A DNA stretch of 64,000 bases, taken from contig CAVVEU010000039.1 in assembly GCA_963747235.1 (NCBI GenBank), positions 11,879 through 75,878 of the forward strand. The letters run 5' to 3'. This document shows positions 31,201 to 41,825 of the stretch, piece after piece. Position 1 is the first letter of the stretch, and the number at the start of each line of letters is the position of its first letter. The stretch is from an uncultured Candidatus Rokubacteria bacterium (GTDB taxonomy: Bacteria > Methylomirabilota > Methylomirabilia > Rokubacteriales > CSP1-6). Below the pieces are notes generated by a model. The model was not told the DNA's origin. It did no database searches and saw nothing but the letters and a program-made list of their open reading frames with translations. A program made the position numbers and the translations under genes.

Positions 31201-34200
31201 CCGCCCCGGTCGGCTTCGCGGGCCGCATGGCCCGGACGTTCATCGACTCCAAGCTGACGCCGCTCGTCGTGCTGGCCTCGCTCCTGCTGGGCCTCTTCGC
31301 GATGCTGGCCACGCCGCGCGAGGAGGAGCCGCAGATCGTGGTGCCGATGACGGACGTGTTCGTCGAGATGCCGGGGGCCGGCGCTCAAGGAGGTCGAGGA
31401 GCGCGTCACCATCCCGCTGGAGAAGAAGCTGAGGGAGATTCCCGGGGTCGAGTACGTCTACTCGACCAGCCAGCCCGGGCCAGCGCTGGCCATCGTGCGC
31501 TTCAAGGTCGGCGAGGACGAAGAGCACAGCATCGTCAAGCTCTACAACAAGATCTGGGCCAACTTCGACCTGATCCCGCCGGGCGCCTCGACAGCCCCTC
31601 GTCAAGCCGCGCTCGATCGACGACGTGCCGATCCTCGCCCTGACCCTGTGGAGCGACCGCGTGGATCGCGTACACGCTGCGGCGGATCGCGGCGCAGCTC
31701 GACGACCAGATCAAGGACATCACCGACGTCGCCGAGACCCGGCTCATCGGCGGCGCAGCGACGCCAGGTGCGCGTGCCTGCTCGACCGCGCGCCTGGCGG
31801 CCTACCGACTGGCGCCGGGCGGCCGTGGCTGGCGGCGCTACGGCGAGGCCAACCGCGAGCTGCGGGCCGGGAGCGCTTCGAGCCGCGGCAACCGGGAGTA
31901 TCTCGTGGACGCCGCGAGTCTTCCTGGACGGAGCCAGAGCGACGTCGGGCCGGGTGGTCGTCGGGCGTCACGCGGACGGGCGACCGGTGTACCTGCGGGA
32001 TGTGGCGCCGCATCGATGGACGGGCCGGAGGAGCCGCGCTCGTACGTCTTCTTCGGCGTCGGCGCGGCGGCCCACACCGCGGCCGCGCAGGGCCACATGG
32101 CCCAGGGGCTGGGTGCCCGGCCGGTCGGCCAGGACTACCCGGCCGTCACCATCTCGGTGGCCAAGCGCAAGGGCACGAACGCCATCGTGATCGCCGAGCA
32201 AGGTGCTGGCAAAAGTGCGAGTCGCTGAAGGGCGTGCCTGATTCCCCGCCGACGTGCAGGTGTCACGGTGACCCGCAACTACGGCGAGACGGCCCAGGGA
32301 GAAGTCCAACGAGCTGCTCATGCACCTGTTCCTGGCGACGGTCTCGGTGACCATCCTGATCGCGCTCTTCCTGGGCTGGCGCGCCGCCGTCGTGGTCCTG
32401 TTCGCCGATCCCGGTCACCCTGGCGCTGACCCTCCTGATCTACTACCTGTACGGCTACACCCTCAACCGCGTCACCCTCTTCGCCCTGATCTTCTCCATC
32501 GGCATCCTGGTGGACGACGCCATCGTGGTGGTCGAGAACATCCCCCGCCACTTCCACCTGCCGGACAACCACGGGCGGCCGCTGCGTCCGGGTGGCGGTC
32601 GAGGCGGTGGACGAGGTCGGCAACCCCACCATCCTGGCCACCTTCGCCGTGATCGCCGCGATCCTGCCCATGGCCTTCGTCGGCGGCCTGATGGGCCCCT
32701 ACATGCGCCCGATCCCGGTCGGCGCCTCCGTGGCCATGCTCTTCTCGCTCTTCATCGCCTTCATCGTCTCCCCCTGGGCCGCCTACCGCATGCTGAAGGG
32801 CGCGCAGCCGCGGCAGCACGGCCAGCGAGGAGCACGGAGGACTGGACCACCCGGCTCTACCGCCGGCTCATGACGCCGCTGATCCACTCGACTGGAAGCG
32901 CCGCTGGCTCTTCCTGGGCGGGCGTCGTCCTGCTGCTGCTGGCATCCGTGCTCGCTGGTCTATTTCAAGCTGGTGCGCGTCAAGATGCTCCCCTTCGACA
33001 ACAAGAGCGAGCTGCAGGTGATCGTGGACATGCCGGAGGGCACCACGCTGGAGCAGACGGCGCGCGTGACGCCGCGAGATCGGGCGAGCCCTGGCACGGC
33101 GCCGCGAGGTGACCGATCTACCAGCTCTACGTCGGCACCGCGCGCCCTACAACTTCAACGGCCTGGTGCGCCACTACTTCCTGCGTGCGCAGGGCTCCAA
33201 CCTGGCCGACATCCAGGTCAACCTGCTGCCCAAGGACGAGCGCGAGCGACCAGAGCCACGCCATCGCCAGGCGCGTCGCGGCCCGGTATTCAAGCGATCG
33301 CCGGACCGGTACGGCGCCCGGGTCAAGGTGGCGGAGGTCCCGCCGGGACCGCCGGTGCTGCAGACCCTGGTGGCCGAGGTGTACGGCGCCGGACCACGAC
33401 CGCGCAGCTCGACGCTCGCGCGCCGAATCCAGGACGTCTTCGAGCAGAACGCCCGGCGTGGTGGACGTGGACTGGTACGTGGAAGATCCCCAGCCCGGCG
33501 TACCGCTTCGTCCGTCGACAAGGAGAAGGCGGCGCTGCTCGGGCATCTCCGCCGAGCAGATGGTCCGGAACCCTGCGCATCGCCTTGGCCGGAGCGAGCC
33601 CGGCCTGGCGCACCTCCCGGCGGAGAAGGAAGACGTGCCGATCTTCGTGCGCCTGCCCCGCGACCAGCGTCAGCGGAGTGGACGCGCTCGCCGGACTCCG
33701 CGCTCAAGGGCGGCGAGCGGCGCGCTGGTGCCGCTCGCCGAGCTGGCGCGGGTGGAGGCCACCGCCGAGCCGCCGCTCGTCTACCGGAAGAACCTCAAGC
33801 GCGTCGTCTACGTCACCGGCGACGTGGCGGGGCAGGAGGAGAGCCCGGTCTACGCCATCCTCCGGATGAACCGGGAGCTGGACGCCGTGCGCCTGCCCGA
33901 CGGCCGCCGCATTCCCCGGTACGTCGGCCAGCCAGCCGTTCCTCACCGAGCACGCTCGCCATGAAGTGGGACGGGGAGTGGCAGGTCACCTACGAGGTGT
34001 TCCGCGACCTGGGGCTCGCCTTCGGCGCGGTCATGGTGCTGATCTACATCCTGGTGGTGGGCTGGTTCCGCTCGTTCCGGCACCCCGCTCGTGATCATGG
34101 CGCCGATCCCGCTCACCCTGGTCGGGATCCTGCCCGCCCACGGGCTGCTCGGCGCCTTCTTCACCGCGACGTCGATGATCGGCTTCATCGCCGGGCGCCG

Positions 34201-34472
34201 GCATCATCGTGCGAAACTCCATCATCCTGGTGGACTTCATCGAGCTCCGCAGGGCCCAGGGGATGCCGCTGGACGAGGCCGTCGTGGACGCCGGCGCGGT
34301 ACGCTTCCGTCCGATGCTGCTCACCGCGGCCGCGGTGGTGGTGGGCGCCTCGGTGATCCTGTTCGACCCGATCTTCCAGGGCCTGGCCGTGTCGCTCATG
34401 GCGGGCGAGGTGGCCTCGACCCTGCTGTCCCGCATGGCCGTGCCGGTGCTCTACTACATGGCCGAGAAGTGA
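31197..34472 (+). CDS. RND (AcrB/CusA family) permease with numerous frameshifts
   Basis: [55 protein letters not shown] spread over several frames. Confidence 0.85.
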
Positions 34473-34486
34473 CGAGGAGGCGACTC

Positions 34487-34718
34487 ATGCTGCACATCGT
34501 CGAATCGCGGAAGCCGCTCGATCGCGTCGCCAAGGACCTCGAAGCGGCCGTGGGCCGCCACAAGTTCGGAGTGCTGGGGGTCCACGACCTCCGGGCCAAG
34601 ATGGCTGAGAAGGGTGTGGCCTTCGATCGATCTCTACGCGACTCCGGGTCTCAAGGACGTGGCGCGCGAGGTGGAAGCCACGCTGGAGGCGAACATGGCC
34701 GAGGCGGCGAGGGACTGA
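34487..34718 (+). pseudogene. DUF302 protein with internal deletion
   Basis: [17 protein letters not shown]-terminus and [10 protein letters not shown]-terminus present; central C-N-P/LPC region missing. Confidence 0.6.
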
Positions 34719-34737
34719 GTCGACAAGGAGGAGCGTG

Positions 34738-34932
34738 ATGAAGCGCAACGTGGGGAATGCCGAGCGAGTTGTGCGCGTGGTCATCGGGGTGGTACTCCTG
34801 GCCCTCGTGGTCGTGGGGCCGCAGACGTGGTGGGGGCTCATCGGGCTGGTGCCGATCGTCACCGCGCTGTGGGGCTGGTGCCCGCTCTGGTCGGCGCTGG
34901 GGGTCTCGACGCACCGGCCCGGCGTGCGCTGA
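34738..34932 (+). CDS. DUF2892 membrane protein
   Basis: NVG.AER..R...GLVPIVTAL.GWCPLW..LG.ST. Confidence 0.88.
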   Translation: MKRNVGNAERVVRVVIGVVLLALVVVGPQTWWGLIGLVPIVTALWGWCPLWSALGVSTHRPGVR

Positions 34933-34941
34933 CGGGAGCGC

Positions 34942-35370
34942 ATGGGGCGCTACACGTTTCTCGAGGACGTGGCCCTGGCCGACTGCGCCGTCGAGATCGA
35001 GGGGCGGAGCCTCGACGATCTCTTCGAGACGGCCGCGGCCGCGATCGCGCGCCTCATGGTGGACCCGGCCACGCTGACGATCACGGTCGAGCGCGCGATC
35101 ACCCTGGAGGCCTCCGAGCTCGACATGCTGCTCTACGACTGGCTGTCCGAGATGATCTTTCTCAAGGACCGGGACAGCCAGGTCTTCCCGCACGCCCGGG
35201 TGCGGGTGACCGGGGACGGTCCCTACCGGCTTGCCGCCGACGTCCACGGCGGTACCATCGATCCCGGGCGCACCGCGCTGGGCGCCGATCCGAAGGCGGT
35301 CACGCTGCACCAGTTCGCGCTCGAGCCGGTGGACGGCGGCTGGCGCGCCCGGGTCGTCATCGACATCTAG
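34942..35370 (+). CDS. archease
   Basis: N-terminal EDVALAD, LLYDWLSE, KAVTLHQF, C-terminal IDI; directly upstream of rtcB. Confidence 0.88.
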   Translation: MGRYTFLEDVALADCAVEIEGRSLDDLFETAAAAIARLMVDPATLTITVERAITLEASELDMLLYDWLSEMIFLKDRDSQVFPHARVRVTGDGPYRLAADVHGGTIDPGRTALGADPKAVTLHQFALEPVDGGWRARVVIDI

Positions 35371-35377
35371 GGAGAGC

Positions 35378-36847
35378 ATGACGATCACCGAGTCGCTGCG
35401 CGGGGCGGTTCGACGAGTCGACGACTGCATCTGGGAGATCCCGCCGACCGCGAAGCCCGGCATGCTCGTCCCGGCGCGCCTGTACGCCTCCGGGCCGCTG
35501 CTCGAGCAGATGGACGACGGCGTGTTCGAGCAGGTGACCAACGTGGCCTGCCTGCCCGGCATCGTCCGCGCGTCGCTCTGCATGCCGGACGGGCACTGGG
35601 GGTACGGCTTCCCGATCGGCGGCGTCGCCGCCTTTCGCGCCGACTCGGGCGTGATCTCGCCGGGCGGCATCGGCTTCGACATCAACTGCGGGATGCGGCT
35701 CATCCGCACGGACCTCAGGGAAGACGAGGTGCGGCCCCGTCTGCCGGAGCTGATCGGGGCGCTGTTCGGCTCGGTGCCGGCGGGGGTCGGCGCGAAGGGC
35801 TTCGTGCGCCTCTCCGGCTCCGAGTTCAAGAAGGTCATGGTGGAAGGGGCCGGCTGGTGCGTGGCCCGTGGCTACGCGTGGCCCGAGGACCTGGCGCACA
35901 TCGAGGGCCGCGGCTGCCTGCCCGGCGCCGATCCCGAGGCGGTGAGCGCCAGAGCCCTGGAGCGAGGGATGGAGCAGCTCGGGACGCTGGGCTCCGGCAA
36001 CCACTACCTGGAGATCCAGGTGGTGCGACCGGGCGCCATCCACGACGAGCGCGTGGCGCGCGTGCTCGGCGTGGACGGCCCCGGCCAGGTCTTCGTCATG
36101 CTCCACTGCGGCTCGCGCGGGTTCGGGCATCAGGTCGGCACCGACTACCTCAAGATCTTCGACCGGGCGATGCCGCAGTACGGCATCAGCGTGCGGGATC
36201 GCGAGCTGGCGTGCGCGCCCTTCCGGTCGAAGGAGGGCCAGGCCTACTTCGGCGCCATGACCGCCGCGGCCAACACCGCGTTCGCCAATCGCCAGGTGAT
36301 CACCCACCGGATCCGGGAGGTGTTCTCCAAGGTCTTCGGGCGCGACGCGCGCGCGCTGGGGCTCAGCGTGGTCTACGACGTCTGCCACAACACCGCCAAG
36401 CTCGAGCGCCACAAGGTGGACGGCCGGGAGATGGAGCTGGTCGTGCACCGCAAGGGCGCCACGCGCGCCTTCGGCCCGGGCGCGCCCGACGTGCCCGCCG
36501 ACTACCGGGAGATCGGCCAGCCGGTGATCATCGGCGGCTCGATGGAGACGGGGTCCGCGCTCCTGGTCGGGACGACGCAGGCCATGGCCGAGACCTGGGG
36601 GTCGACGGCTCACGGCGCCGGCCGCACCATGTCGCGGGCGCAGGCCAAGCGGCAGGTCGGGGGGGAGACCCTGATCCAGGACATGGCGGAGCGCGGGATC
36701 ATCGTGCGGGCGGCGTCCAAGTCCGGGGTGGCCGAGGAAGCCGGGTTTGCCTACAAGGACCTCACCGCGGTGGTGGACACGCTCCACCGGCTCGACATCT
36801 CGCGACGGGTCGTCTCGCTCACGCCGATCGGGAATATCAAGGGCTGA
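35378..36847 (+). CDS. rtcB: RNA-splicing/repair ligase RtcB
   Basis: MPDGHWGYGFPIG, DINCG, GSGNHYLE, HCGSRG, HN, HRKGAT, HGAGR, EEAG.AYK. Confidence 0.95.
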   Translation: MTITESLRGAVRRVDDCIWEIPPTAKPGMLVPARLYASGPLLEQMDDGVFEQVTNVACLPGIVRASLCMPDGHWGYGFPIGGVAAFRADSGVISPGGIGFDINCGMRLIRTDLREDEVRPRLPELIGALFGSVPAGVGAKGFVRLSGSEFKKVMVEGAGWCVARGYAWPEDLAHIEGRGCLPGADPEAVSARALERGMEQLGTLGSGNHYLEIQVVRPGAIHDERVARVLGVDGPGQVFVMLHCGSRGFGHQVGTDYLKIFDRAMPQYGISVRDRELACAPFRSKEGQAYFGAMTAAANTAFANRQVITHRIREVFSKVFGRDARALGLSVVYDVCHNTAKLERHKVDGREMELVVHRKGATRAFGPGAPDVPADYREIGQPVIIGGSMETGSALLVGTTQAMAETWGSTAHGAGRTMSRAQAKRQVGGETLIQDMAERGIIVRAASKSGVAEEAGFAYKDLTAVVDTLHRLDISRRVVSLTPIGNIKG

Positions 36848-36855
36848 GCGGTCGG

Positions 36856-36892
36856 CGAGGCGCGCGCGCCCCAACCGGGAGCGGCTGCCCCA
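36856..36892. promoter_or_regulatory. putative enhancer, tandem palindromes
   Basis: CGAGGC-N6-GCCCCA (36856) and CCGGGA-N6-GCCCCA (36875), 99 and 80 bp upstream of a sigma-54 site. Confidence 0.55.
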
Positions 36893-36954
36893 GCCAGTCC
36901 GACGCGCGCCCGGCCAACCCTGCGTTTTTGCTCGCGCACACAGGCAGAGCCCCG

Positions 36955-36970
36955 TGGCACTTGCCTTGCA
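36955..36970 (+). promoter_or_regulatory. sigma-54 promoter
   Basis: TGGCAC-TTGCC-TTGCA. Confidence 0.85.
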
Positions 36971-37012
36971 ATTTCCTGCGTCCGACGGTGCCCGATCGAA
37001 AAGGAGAGCATC

Positions 37013-37523
37013 ATGAAGCAGCTCATCGCGGCCACACTCGGATTTGGAATCATCGTGCTCGGAATCCCGGCGGTCGGCCAACCCGCGGACCAGTGCCCGC
37101 CGGAGCTGACCCAGGCGAAGGCCGCGCTCAAGAGCGCTCAGGCTTCCTAAGAAGGCTCCGCAGGTCGCAAAGGGCCAGGAGATCCAGGCCCCGCGCTCCC
37201 CCAAGGCGAGCGCCCGGGCGCAGGACATCCAGGCGCCGCGGAGTCAGGACATCCAGTCCCCGCGAGGCCAGGACATCCAGTCGCCGCGGAGTCAGGACAT
37301 CCAGGCGCCGCGCGGCCAGGACATCCAGTCCCCGCGAGGCCAGGATATCCAGTCCCCCCGGAGCCAGCAGGAGATCCCGGTGCCGCGCGGGCAGGAGATC
37401 CAGGCGCCGCGGGTGAAGCAGGCCGGCGGGCTCGTCCAGGAGTCCGAGGCCGCGTGCAAGAAGGGGGACATGGCTCTCTCGACCCGCAAGGCCAAGGAAG
37501 CCCTCGGCCTTCTGAAGAAGTAG
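37013..37523 (+). CDS. secreted protein with QDIQ(A/S)PR(G/S) octapeptide repeats; one frameshift near 37148; not in the ORF track
   Basis: AAGGAG RBS, signal peptide MKQLIAATLGFGIIVLG, Cys-helix, repeats, helix-Cys, TAG at 37521. Confidence 0.7.
37221..37412 (+). repeat. 24-bp coding tandem repeat (8 copies, plus one at 37176)
   Basis: CAGGACATCCAGKCSCCGCGNRGY units with mostly synonymous variation. Confidence 0.92.
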
Positions 37524-37535
37524 CCGGAGACGCGC

Positions 37536-37664
37536 ATGACGACGCTCAGCTTCTACCGTCGCGTGATCGACGAGACGGGACAGACGGACCGTGAGACCGT
37601 GAAGCGCGGCACCGTCCTGGCCCAGCTCCCCCGCGATCTCAAGGACGTCTGGGAGGATGCGTGA
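37536..37664 (+). pseudogene. DUF2267 remnant (42 aa, internally deleted)
   Basis: FYRRV...RETVKRGT joined directly to VLAQLPRDLKDVW. Confidence 0.55.
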
Positions 37665-37665
37665 G

Positions 37666-38085
37666 ATGAGCCATTCGCCCGCGGGCCTGGCCGTCCCGGT
37701 GGAGACCGTGATGACCCGGCGGACCGTGCAGATCCTCGAGCAGATCCCGATGTCCGAGGTCCGGAACATCGCGGCGAAGTACGACTACAACGGGTTTCCC
37801 GTGGTCACGCAGGACGGTCGCCTCGTCGGCATGGTGACGAAGGGCGATCTGCTGCGCGTGGCGTGCGCCGCCCTCGACGATCCGGAGGTGTGGGGCCAGC
37901 CCGTCTCGCGCTTCATGGCCCACGGGGTCCTGGCCCTCCGGCCGATGGACTCGCTGCGCTCGGCGGTGCAGTACATGGTCGAATCGAAGCTCCGCAGCCT
38001 GCCCGTCATCGACGCCGACTGCCGCGTCCTCGGGATGGTCTCGCGCAACGACCTGATGGCGGCGATCGCGCCGGAGGCGGTATGA
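37666..38085 (+). CDS. CBS domain-pair protein
   Basis: GFPVV..DGRLVGMVTKGDLL...SLPVID. Confidence 0.88.
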   Translation: MSHSPAGLAVPVETVMTRRTVQILEQIPMSEVRNIAAKYDYNGFPVVTQDGRLVGMVTKGDLLRVACAALDDPEVWGQPVSRFMAHGVLALRPMDSLRSAVQYMVESKLRSLPVIDADCRVLGMVSRNDLMAAIAPEAV

Positions 38086-38453
38086 AGGGCCGGGCGCGCC
38101 GCCTGGACGCCAAGCTGATCGACGAGTTCCGCCGCCGGCTTCTCGAGGCGCGCGAGGCGCTGCTCCGGACGGTCGCGGCCACCGACGAGGAGATGGCGGG
38201 GCTCGAGGCCCCCGGACCCGGCGACTCGACGGACCGGGCCGCGACGAACTCGGCCACCTCGCTGGTCTCGCGTCTGGCCGGCCAGGACAAGCGGGAGCTG
38301 GACGAGATCGCCGACGCGCTGCGCCGGCTGGGCTCCCGAGCCTACGGGTTCTGCGAATCGTGCCGGGAGCCCATCGCGCTCCCGCGTCTTCGGGCCGTGC
38401 CCGCGACGCGGTTCTGTCTCGCCTGTCAGGAAGCCGAGGAGGTGGTTTCATGA
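38082..38453 (+). CDS. TraR/DksA C4-type zinc finger protein
   Basis: DSTDRA coiled-coil tip, YGFCESC..PI...RL.AVP....CLACQE. Confidence 0.88.
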   Translation: MKGRARRLDAKLIDEFRRRLLEAREALLRTVAATDEEMAGLEAPGPGDSTDRAATNSATSLVSRLAGQDKRELDEIADALRRLGSRAYGFCESCREPIALPRLRAVPATRFCLACQEAEEVVS

Positions 38454-38769
38454 TCCGCACGCGCGGTCTTGCTCATCTCGATGGTGCTGCTGGCCTCGTG
38501 CGCGCACGCGCAGGACGGCAAGGGGCTGGTCGGCCAGGGTCGCGCGGTCTTCCGCGACCAGGGCTGCTACGGCTGTCACACCGCGGAGCGGATGGGCACT
38601 CCCATCGGACCCGATCTGTCCCGCATCGGCGCCAAGCGCAATCGAGACCGATCTCACTCGCTGGCTGCGCGATCCGTCCACGCACCGGCCGAGCGCTCAC
38701 ATGCCCAAGCTCCAGCTCACCGAGGTCGAGGTGCAGGCCCTGGCCGCGTATCTCGGGTCCTTGCGGTGA
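38450..38769 (+). CDS. small monoheme cytochrome c (frameshifted)
   Basis: CYGCH, GPDL, WLRDP...HMP in shifted frames. Confidence 0.75.
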
Positions 38770-39239
38770 GGCGGCGCGCCACCGCGCGCGCCCCGAGACC
38801 ACTCCGGCGGATCCTCCACGCGACGGACTTCTCGCCCGCCTCGCGCCCCGCGTTCCGGATGGCGCTGGGGCTCGCGCGGAGCGAGCGCGCGACGCTGCTG
38901 CTGCTGCACGTGCTCACGCCGCCGTCGCCGTTCGCGCCGCCCGGCGGGAAGATCCCGTCCAGCTACCTGGCGCTCATCGACGCCGCCCGGCGGGAGGCCC
39001 GGCGCCGGCTCGCCGCGCTGCTGGAACAGGCGCGCGCGGCGGGCGCCCGCGCGCGGGCCAGGCTCGTGGCGGGAGGCCCCGCGGCCGAGATCCTGAAGGT
39101 CGGTCGCGGCTGGCGCCCCGATCTCATCGTCATCGGCACGCACGGCCGCGGCGGGGTGCGCCGCTTCCTGATGGGCAGCGTGGCGGAGCACGTGGTGCGA
39201 CGCGCCTCCCGGCCCGTGCTGACGATCCGCGGGCGCTGA
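38766..39239 (+). CDS. universal stress protein
   Basis: ILHATDFSP...IGTHGRGG...GSVAEHVVR. Confidence 0.9.
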   Translation: MRRRATARAPRPLRRILHATDFSPASRPAFRMALGLARSERATLLLLHVLTPPSPFAPPGGKIPSSYLALIDAARREARRRLAALLEQARAAGARARARLVAGGPAAEILKVGRGWRPDLIVIGTHGRGGVRRFLMGSVAEHVVRRASRPVLTIRGR

Positions 39240-39250
39240 TCGGACCGAGC

Positions 39251-40361
39251 GTGGCCCGCCCGCGACACATCGCCGTCGTGACCGCGGGCGGCGACTGCCC
39301 CGGCATGAACGCGGCCCTCCGGGCCGTCGTCCGGGCGGCGGTGCACCGGCACGGCATGCGGGTCACCGGCTTCCTCGACGGCTTCGCGGGCCTCCTCGCG
39401 GACCGATCCCGGCCGCTTGGATTCGACGAGGTCTCCGGCATCGTCGCGCAGGGCGGGCACCATCCTCGGCGCCTCGAACCGCGACGATCCGTTTCGCGTG
39501 CCGGTCGACCGGCCGGGCGAGCGCGCCTACGAGGACCGCTCCGACGTGGTGCTGAGGACGCTGACGCGGCACGGCATCGAGGGGCTGCTGGTCATCGGCG
39601 GTGACGGCAGCTTGACGATCGCCCGGCGGCTCGAGTCCAAGGGCGTCGCCGTCGTCGGGATCCCCAAGACCATCGACAACGACGTCGGCGGCACCGACGT
39701 GTCCCTCGGCTTCGACTCCGCCCTGACGGTGGCCACCGAGGCCGTGGACCGGCTGCACACCACGGCGGCGTCTCACCACCGGGTCATGGTGGTGGAGGTG
39801 ATGGGGCGAAATGCCGGATGGATCGCGCTCGAGGCGGGGCTGGCCGGCGGCGGAGACGTCATCCTGATCCCCGAGATCCCGTTTCGCTACGAGGCGGTCG
39901 CGGCCGGGATCCTCGAGCGCGCTCGGCGCGGGCGCCGGTTCTCGATCGTCGTGGTGGCCGAGGGAGTCGTCGTGCCCGGGCGGGGGCCCGTGGTTCGCCA
40001 GATCGTCGGGGACAGCCCGGATCCCGTGCGGCTCGGCGGCGTGGGCGTGGTGCTGGCGAACGCCCTCGAGGGCCTCGTCCCGTTCGAGGTGCGCTACGTG
40101 GTGCTCGGCCACGTCCAGCGAGGTGGCTCGCCCACTCCGTTCGACCGGATCCTGGCGACCCGCTTCGGCGCCGCGGCGGTCGCCGCCCTGGTGGACGGGG
40201 AGTCGGGCCGCATGGTCGCGCTCCGGGGCGCCCGGATCGAGCGCGTCCCGCTGGCGGATGTCCTCTCGCGGCCGAATCGGGTGGATCCGCAGGGTGAGCG
40301 CGTGGTCGCCGCCCGCGGCATCGGCACGATCTTCGGGGACGAGACCGGAACGGAGGCATGA
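39251..40361 (+). CDS. pfkA: 6-phosphofructokinase (frameshift near 39452)
   Basis: GGDCPGMN, GGDGS, PKTIDND, EVMGR, LGHVQRGG. Confidence 0.9.
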
Positions 40362-41352
40362 AGGCCGCCGTTCTCTCCGCTCCGCCCGGCGCCATCACGC
40401 GCGCTCTGGAGATCCGCGACGTCCCGGACCCGGAACTCGGCCCCCGGGCACTGTCTCCTGAGAGTGCTCGCCTGTGGCGTGTGCCGGACGGACCTGCACC
40501 TGGTCGAGGGAGACCTGGGGCCGGTCCGTGATCGCCTGATTCCGGGTCATCAGATCGTGGGCGAGGTGATCGGCGGCGCGACGGACGGGCTTGCCTCACG
40601 GCACGCGCGTCGGGGTCTCGTGGCTGGGCGGGACGGACGGGGACTGCCGCTATTGCCGGAGCGGCCACGAGAACCTGTGCGACTCGCCCACCTTCACCGG
40701 CTTCACGGTGGACGGCGGCTACGCGGAATACGCGCTCGCCCGCCGCGATTTCGTGTTTCCGTTACCCGGGGCGCTGGACGATCTCCAGGCGGCGCCACTG
40801 CTCTGCGCCGGGATCATCGGCTTCCGCAGCCTGCGGGTGGCCGGCGTGGAAGCCGGCGAGCGCGTCGGCCTGTTCGGGTTCGGGGCGTCCGCGCATCTGG
40901 CGCTTCCCGTGCTGCAATCGTGGCACTGCGAGGTGTTCGTCTCCACCCGGGGCGCGTCGCACCGCCGGCTGGCGGTCTCCCTCGGGGCCACGTGGGTCGG
41001 CGATGACAAGCAGCGCCCGCCCGTCCCGCTCGATCGGGCGATCACGTTCGCTCCCAGCGGCGATGTCGTCGTCGCGGCCCTCGCGAGCCTGCGCAAGGGC
41101 GGTGTGGTGGCGATCAATGCCATTCATCTGGATCGCATGCCCGAGTTCGACTACGACCGCCTGCTGTGGGGCGAGCGGCAGATCCGGAGCGTGACGAACA
41201 TGACGCGAGCGGATGCGCGGGAGTTCCTTCAGGTTGCGAGCGCGATCGGTCTCCGGCCCTCGGTGACCGTCTTCCCGCTCGATCGCGCGAACGAGGCGCT
41301 CCGCGCGATCAAGGACAATGCGATCGACGGCGCGGCCGTCATCGTTCCGTAG
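40358..41352 (+). CDS. zinc-binding alcohol dehydrogenase family protein (frameshifts near 40445 and 40595)
   Basis: CGVCRTDLH, PGHQIVG, APLLCAG, GFGASAH. Confidence 0.88.
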
Positions 41353-41427
41353 GCAGGGAGCGGATCCCGTCAAGATGCGAGGCGGCGACCCGCCGTTCCC
41401 GGGGTATCATCTCGGCCACGGGGTGCC

Positions 41428-41796
41428 ATGGCTCGCCAGGTCGAGGATATGCCCACCAGGACGTTCAAGGCCGGAGCCGTCATCTTCCGCCAAGGTGACC
41501 GCGTCGCGACCGGAGAGGCGTACCTGGTGCAGAATGGTACCGTCGAGGTGCGGCGACGAACCGGCGGGAAGGAGCGAGTCCTCCGAACCCTCCGCAAGGG
41601 CGACCTGCTGGGCGAGGTTGCCCTGTTCGGGCGGGACCCTCACTCGGCCACCGCGGTGGCGGTCGAGCAGGTCGTGCTCCTGGTCATCCCGGCCGACCGG
41701 CTCGAGCAGATCGTTCGCGCGAAACCCGATCTGGCGATCGCGCTCATTCGTCAACTGGCCCGCATGGCGGCACGTGACGGTGATTCCGCCCCGTAG
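41428..41796 (+). CDS. stand-alone cyclic nucleotide-binding domain protein
   Basis: IFRQGD...YLVQNG.V...GDLLGEVAL....HSATA. Confidence 0.85.
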   Translation: MARQVEDMPTRTFKAGAVIFRQGDRVATGEAYLVQNGTVEVRRRTGGKERVLRTLRKGDLLGEVALFGRDPHSATAVAVEQVVLLVIPADRLEQIVRAKPDLAIALIRQLARMAARDGDSAP

Positions 41797-41825
41797 CACT
41801 GGGCCGGCACCGAGGCGCCGGCCGC

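Noticed and set aside
31197-34472. RND gene as a true pseudogene or programmed frameshift
   Set aside because: The dense single-base indels, with motifs otherwise intact, match the pattern in pfkA, adh, cbaA and cytochrome b. Sequencing error is the simpler explanation.
37176-37412. CRISPR array
   Set aside because: The 24-bp units are directly adjacent, have no unique spacers, vary at codon third positions, and there are no cas genes.
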